Shown here piece by piece: positions 57,363 to 64,000 of a stretch of DNA of 64,000 nt. The notes below the pieces were generated by a model that saw only the letters and a program-made list of their open reading frames with translations, was not told where the DNA came from and searched no databases. The position numbers and the translations under genes were made by a program. How positions within the stretch are numbered: the stretch's first letter is position 1; every line of letters starts with the position of its first letter. Origin of the DNA: Thalassobaculaceae bacterium (GTDB lineage: Bacteria; Pseudomonadota; Alphaproteobacteria; Thalassobaculales; Thalassobaculaceae); the NCBI GenBank assembly GCA_965228875.1, contig OZ245843.1, forward strand, positions 1,966,616 through 2,030,615, given 5' to 3'.

Positions 57363-57893
57363 ATGATGACGGAGCAGCGCACCTATGCCCGCGACGTGGC
57401 CGGCCTCGACGCCGTGTCCCACCCGGACCACCGCGCCCTGCTCGATTTCTGGCAGGCCGCGCGACCAGGGGACGACCTCCCCTCCCGCGACGGCTTCGAC
57501 CCCGGCGCTTTCCGCGCCATGCTGCCCCGCATCGCGGTGATCGAGCCCTGCGAGACGCCCACCGGCCACAGCTTCCGCTACCGCCTTGCCGGCACCGAGA
57601 TCGTCTCGCGCGCCGGCCGCGACCCGACCGGCCGCACCTTCGACGAGCTGTACGAGGGCGTGTACCTGGAGACGGCGAAGCGGACCTATGAGGATATTCT
57701 CGCCGCCCGCGCCCCGCACTTCTCCCAGCGCGTGTTCCCGATCGGCGACGGCCCCAGCGCTCTGCGTTACGACCGCCTGATCCTGCCCTTCGCCAGCGAC
57801 GGCCGGACGATCGACAGCTTCCTGCTCTGCATCGTCGTCGTCGAGCAGACCGGCACGATGAAGGTCGAGGGGAGCTTCAGGCGGTACACGTGA
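57363..57893 (+). CDS. Stand-alone PAS domain protein (PAS_5-like)
   Basis: LLDFW....LPSR..FDP, FRYRLAGT, DPTGR and RLILPF motifs. Confidence 0.85.
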   Translation: MMTEQRTYARDVAGLDAVSHPDHRALLDFWQAARPGDDLPSRDGFDPGAFRAMLPRIAVIEPCETPTGHSFRYRLAGTEIVSRAGRDPTGRTFDELYEGVYLETAKRTYEDILAARAPHFSQRVFPIGDGPSALRYDRLILPFASDGRTIDSFLLCIVVVEQTGTMKVEGSFRRYT

Positions 57894-57955
57894 GCCGGCG
57901 GTGAGGGAGACCGTCAATTCCGGACAGGCCCCGGTGCCCGGCTCAAGAGGCTCCC

Positions 57956-59203
57956 CTACCCCCGATACGCCATATACCCGCGATGGGTGGCGATGTGGTC
58001 GGCGACGTACATGGCGTCGTGCCACACGCCCCAGATGAAGGACGAGCCGCGGCGCGACAGCCAGGGCAGGCCGAGGAAATACAGGCCGGGCTCGGCCGCG
58101 ACGCCTCGGGAATGGCGCGGCTTGCCGTCGGCGTCGAAGGCGTCGACCTGGAGCCAGCCGAAGTCGTAGCCGTAGCCGGTCGCCCACAGGATGGTGGAGA
58201 TCCTGGCCGCCTCGGGGTCCAGTTCGAGCACCGGGTCGGTGACGCAGTCCGGCGCCGGCGGGATCTCCCAGGCCTCGGGCTCGGCCGGCAGGTCCAGGCC
58301 GTTGCGGGCGACGTAGGCGTCGGCCTGCTCCAGCTCCGACAGGTAGGAGGCGTTGCCGCGCGCCAGGTTGTCCGCCAGGTCCGGGGCGAAGCGCAGCCGG
58401 CCGTCGGCCCAGCCCTCGGCGCGGCCGACCAGGGTGATCCCGTCGGCGGCGAGCCGGTGGAAGTCGACGGTGTAGCCGCCATAGGCGCCGGTGACGGCGA
58501 TGGTGACGTGCTGGGTGTCCGGTTCCGGCGCCTCGATGTCCCAGCGCCCGAGCACGCCGAGCCACCAGCAGTAGTCGCGCTGGCGGTAGCGGCGGGGATA
58601 GCGGCTGTGCGGGCCGACCGAGAGGTAGACCCGGCGCCCGGCGCGGCGCAGTTCCTCGGCGATCTGCGTGCCGGACGCGCCGGAGCCGACCACCAGCACG
58701 GCGCCCTCGGCAAGCTGTTCGGGGTTGCGGTAGGCATTGGAGTGAAGCTGCGCGATCCCCGCGCTCTCCGGCACCAGCGGCGGGACGATCGGGCGCTGGA
58801 ACGGCCCGGTGGCGGCGATCAGATAGCCCGCGTCGATCTCCCCCGCCGAGGTCTCGACCCGGAAGCCCGGCCGGTCGGCGTGGCGGGTGGCGCGGGTCAC
58901 CTCGACGCCGCAGCGCACCGGGGCGGCGACCTTGGCGGCGTAGTCGGCGAAATAGTCGGCCACCCGCTCCTTCGGCACGAAGGCGTCGGGATGAAGGTCG
59001 GGGAAGTCGAGGCCGGGGAAGCGGTCGTGCCAGGCCGGGCCGTTGGCGACCAGGGAGTCCCAGCGCTCCGATCGCCAGCGCTCGGCGATGCGGCCGCGCT
59101 CCAGCACCAGATGCGGGATGCCCCGGCTGCCCAGATGCTCGCTCGCCGCGATGCCAGCCTGTCCGGCCCCGACGACCAGGGCCTCGACCCGTTCGACTGC
59201 CAT
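57956..59203 (-). CDS. Flavin-containing monooxygenase / TrkA-like flavoprotein
   Basis: VVGAGQAG, ERWDSL, HSNAYRNP, VVGSGASG.QIAEEL and WATGY motifs; GGAAGGAG RBS. Confidence 0.9.
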   Translation of the reverse strand: MAVERVEALVVGAGQAGIAASEHLGSRGIPHLVLERGRIAERWRSERWDSLVANGPAWHDRFPGLDFPDLHPDAFVPKERVADYFADYAAKVAAPVRCGVEVTRATRHADRPGFRVETSAGEIDAGYLIAATGPFQRPIVPPLVPESAGIAQLHSNAYRNPEQLAEGAVLVVGSGASGTQIAEELRRAGRRVYLSVGPHSRYPRRYRQRDYCWWLGVLGRWDIEAPEPDTQHVTIAVTGAYGGYTVDFHRLAADGITLVGRAEGWADGRLRFAPDLADNLARGNASYLSELEQADAYVARNGLDLPAEPEAWEIPPAPDCVTDPVLELDPEAARISTILWATGYGYDFGWLQVDAFDADGKPRHSRGVAAEPGLYFLGLPWLSRRGSSFIWGVWHDAMYVADHIATHRGYMAYRG

Positions 59204-59238
59204 TCCCGTCTCCTTCCCCGCGCGCCGCCCCTGCGAAG

Positions 59239-60927
59239 TCACTCGGCGGGGCGCCACTCCTCGATCCACTCGGTGGTGGTGTACTTGTGGCCGGTCGGCC
59301 GGACGCCGTCGAGCCAGTGCGGCAGGATGTAGGCGTCGGCCCGGAAGTACAGCGGCAGCACCGGCAGGTCGGTGGCGTAGAGCCGCTGCAGTTCGGCCCA
59401 GAGCGCGCCCCGCTTCTCCCGGTCGAGCTCGACCTCGATGGCGTCGATCAGCCGGTCCATCTCGGCGCTGACATAGCCGGTGTAATTCTGTCCGCCCCAG
59501 TTGTTCTCCTCGGTCGGGATCGACTCCGAGTGTAGGGTGGTGCGCGGCAGATGCTCCGGCGCCGACAGCCAGGCGAACATGGCCAGCCCCGGAAAGCGGC
59601 GCTTGGAGACGGTCTCGCCGAAGAACACCCGGGCCGGTTCGACGCCGATCACGGTCTCGACGCCGATGCGCTTCCAGAAATCGGCCAGCACCTGCTGCAC
59701 CAGTTCGCGCGACCGGTTGCCGGCGGTGGTCATCAGCGACACCGACAGCCTCTCGCCCGCGGCGTTGACCCTGATGCCGTCCGGCCCCGGCGTCCAGCCG
59801 GCCGCCTCGAGCAGGTCCCGCGCCGCCTCCGGGTCGTAGGGATAGGTCGGCACGCCCTCGGTCGTGTGGGTCCAGTCCAGCGGGTTGACAGAGCCGCTGG
59901 CCGGCGGCTGCTTGCCGGCGAACAGCCGCTCGGAAATCGCCTGCCGGTCGACCGCGTGCAGCAATGCCCGGCGCACCCGCACGTCGCTCAGAATCGGGTT
60001 GGACAGCATGACGTCCAGGTGCTCGTAGATCAGGCCGGGCTGATAGAGGACCCGGTAGTCGTCGCCGTGGCGCTTCTCGAAAGCCAGCGCCTGGTCGATC
60101 GCCAGCCCGCTCTCGCCGGCGATCATGTCGATGGCGCCGGACAGCAGGTTCGCCTCCAGCGCCGAGGTGTTCTCGATGGCGCGGATCACGACGCGATCGA
60201 ACGCGGGGGCCTGCCCCTGCCAGTGGTCGTTGCGCGCCAGGACGATCTGGCTGCCGACCTGGACGTCGGCGACCCGGTACGGGCCGTTCCACAAGCCCGG
60301 ATTGGTCGGATCGGTCTGGTACAGGGTGCGGTTGCGGTAGTCGCGCGGCTCGGCGAAGGCGGGGCGGTCGAGATGCGCCGGCATGACCGAGAAGTCGCCC
60401 ATCGAGGGATAGCGGTAGTCGAGCTTGCGCTGGACGATGGTGAAGCGCTTCGGCCCGTGCACCTCGATGTCGAGCACGTCCTGGTAGGCCTTTAGGATGT
60501 CCACCCCGCTCTCCGGATTGCGGCCGATCTCCCAGGCGAACACCACGTCGTCGGTGGTGACCGGCGTGCCGTCGCCCCAGTACGCGTCGGCGCGCAGCTC
60601 GTAGGTCTTGCGCACGCCGGTGACCGGCGCGCCCTCCTCGGTCTCGCTCGGGAAGGTTTCGGCGGCGCCGTTCTCCAGGGTCGGCAGCGCGACGCAGAGC
60701 TGGCACACCGTCTCCCAGTCGTGGCCGTAGATCGTCAGCTGACGCTGGGTGGCGCCGAGCACGTAGGACTTGGCCAGCATCGAGTCGATCATCGGGTTCA
60801 GGGTCGAGGGGTACTGGCTGACACCGATGGTCAGCGTGTCCCGTGCCAAGGCGGCGGACGCCACGCCCAGGAGGACGCCCAGAAGGATGCCCGGGAGAAC
60901 GCAGAGAACGGTCAGAAGACGGCGCAT
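59239..60927 (-). CDS. Peptide/nickel ABC transporter substrate-binding protein (family 5)
   Basis: Signal peptide, WGDGTPVT.DDV.F, GPY, DVRVRRAL and YDPEAAR.LL..AGW motifs. Confidence 0.92.
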   Translation of the reverse strand: MRRLLTVLCVLPGILLGVLLGVASAALARDTLTIGVSQYPSTLNPMIDSMLAKSYVLGATQRQLTIYGHDWETVCQLCVALPTLENGAAETFPSETEEGAPVTGVRKTYELRADAYWGDGTPVTTDDVVFAWEIGRNPESGVDILKAYQDVLDIEVHGPKRFTIVQRKLDYRYPSMGDFSVMPAHLDRPAFAEPRDYRNRTLYQTDPTNPGLWNGPYRVADVQVGSQIVLARNDHWQGQAPAFDRVVIRAIENTSALEANLLSGAIDMIAGESGLAIDQALAFEKRHGDDYRVLYQPGLIYEHLDVMLSNPILSDVRVRRALLHAVDRQAISERLFAGKQPPASGSVNPLDWTHTTEGVPTYPYDPEAARDLLEAAGWTPGPDGIRVNAAGERLSVSLMTTAGNRSRELVQQVLADFWKRIGVETVIGVEPARVFFGETVSKRRFPGLAMFAWLSAPEHLPRTTLHSESIPTEENNWGGQNYTGYVSAEMDRLIDAIEVELDREKRGALWAELQRLYATDLPVLPLYFRADAYILPHWLDGVRPTGHKYTTTEWIEEWRPAE

Positions 60928-61005
60928 GAACGGACCCTCGTGTTGTCTTGCGTCGAGGATAGGGCCGGGCGCCGCCGGGTCAATTCGCGACAGCGGACGC
61001 GCCCC

Positions 61006-62106
<1,101 letters not shown>

Positions 62107-62209
62107 CGTCCTCTCCTTCGCCAGGGCTCTCCTGCCAGGGCTCTGATGACTTCCGCGGGGCCGGATGATATGACCCTCGCCTGCCAACCGCCACCGGAGT
62201 CCTGCCCGA

Positions 62210-63508
<1,299 letters not shown>

Positions 63509-63513
63509 CGACC

Positions 63514-63549
63514 TGTCGGCCGGCCGTCGACACCGACGCGCCGGCCGAT
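63514..63549. terminator. GC hairpin between purB and the convergent gene
   Basis: TCGGCCGGC...GCCGGCCGA inverted repeat. Confidence 0.45.
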
Positions 63550-63560
63550 CCTCGGCGCCG

Positions 63561-64000
63561 TTATTCGGGATCGATGAGGAACGTCGTGAGGACCCACCGC
63601 TGGCCTTCGGTCACCGGCCGGTCCTCGTGCAGCAGGTCGCAGCCGAAAACCACGCCCGCGCCCGTCGCCGGGGCATAGAGGTGCGGGCCGTACTCCGGAA
63701 AGACGATCTCGCCGCCCCGATAGCCGTCATTCAGGTTGATCGATACCGCGAACCGCCGCCGCCGCTCCGACCGCAGGCCGTCGCGTCGGGCGGCGTAGAA
63801 ATCCTTGCGCGCGGCATCGTACCCGCTGATCGTGAGCATCTCGAAGCGCAGGGGCGTCTGAAACCCGAACGCCTTCTGGATCTCGCCCATGAGCCGCGGG
63901 CCGATCTGCTCCGCCACGGCGCGCTGCAACTCCGGGTCCGTGATCCGGTGTTCGCGGTTGCGCTTCACCGAAGGGTCGACCGCCGTCTGCGTGCCCTCGC
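63561..64000 (-). CDS. 2OG-Fe(II) oxygenase-like protein (5' truncated by window edge)
   Basis: RRFAVSINLN..Y.GG.I.FPEYG and LLHE..PVT.G.R motifs. Confidence 0.8.
   Translation of the reverse strand, partial: EGTQTAVDPSVKRNREHRITDPELQRAVAEQIGPRLMGEIQKAFGFQTPLRFEMLTISGYDAARKDFYAARRDGLRSERRRRFAVSINLNDGYRGGEIVFPEYGPHLYAPATGAGVVFGCDLLHEDRPVTEGQRWVLTTFLIDPE

Overview
This is a GC-rich alphaproteobacterial (Rhodospirillales-like) chromosomal window with about 65 densely packed CDSs. Most are housekeeping or catabolic genes: a TRAP transporter, amidohydrolases, two CoxL/XdhB-type molybdoenzyme large subunits, gloA, cysQ, ltaE, an MttB-family methyltransferase, a DddP-like M24 enzyme, a PAS-GGDEF-EAL protein, FliL, RlmD, mtnA and purB. 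I found no rRNA, tRNA, CRISPR array, integrase or transposase. Five features stand out. (1) An 839-aa DUF1217-type flagellar protein appears to be split by a ~530-aa insert of nested flagellin-D1-like units, and is preceded by two ftr-like (FlbD-type) palindromes flanking an AT-rich hairpin. (2) A family of palindromic interspersed repeats occurs five times, always between convergent genes and mostly fused to stop codons. (3) One molybdoenzyme gene is frameshifted by a perfect 20-bp tandem duplication in its GGSFG loop, while an intact paralog lies ~20 kb away. (4) An unannotated 50-aa ORF with a YHPEKRYMRG motif sits downstream of PhaR-like boxes. (5) A candidate ~80-nt MmgR/suhB-like sRNA has a strong terminator. 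All family assignments come from motif recognition by eye; no database searches were run.
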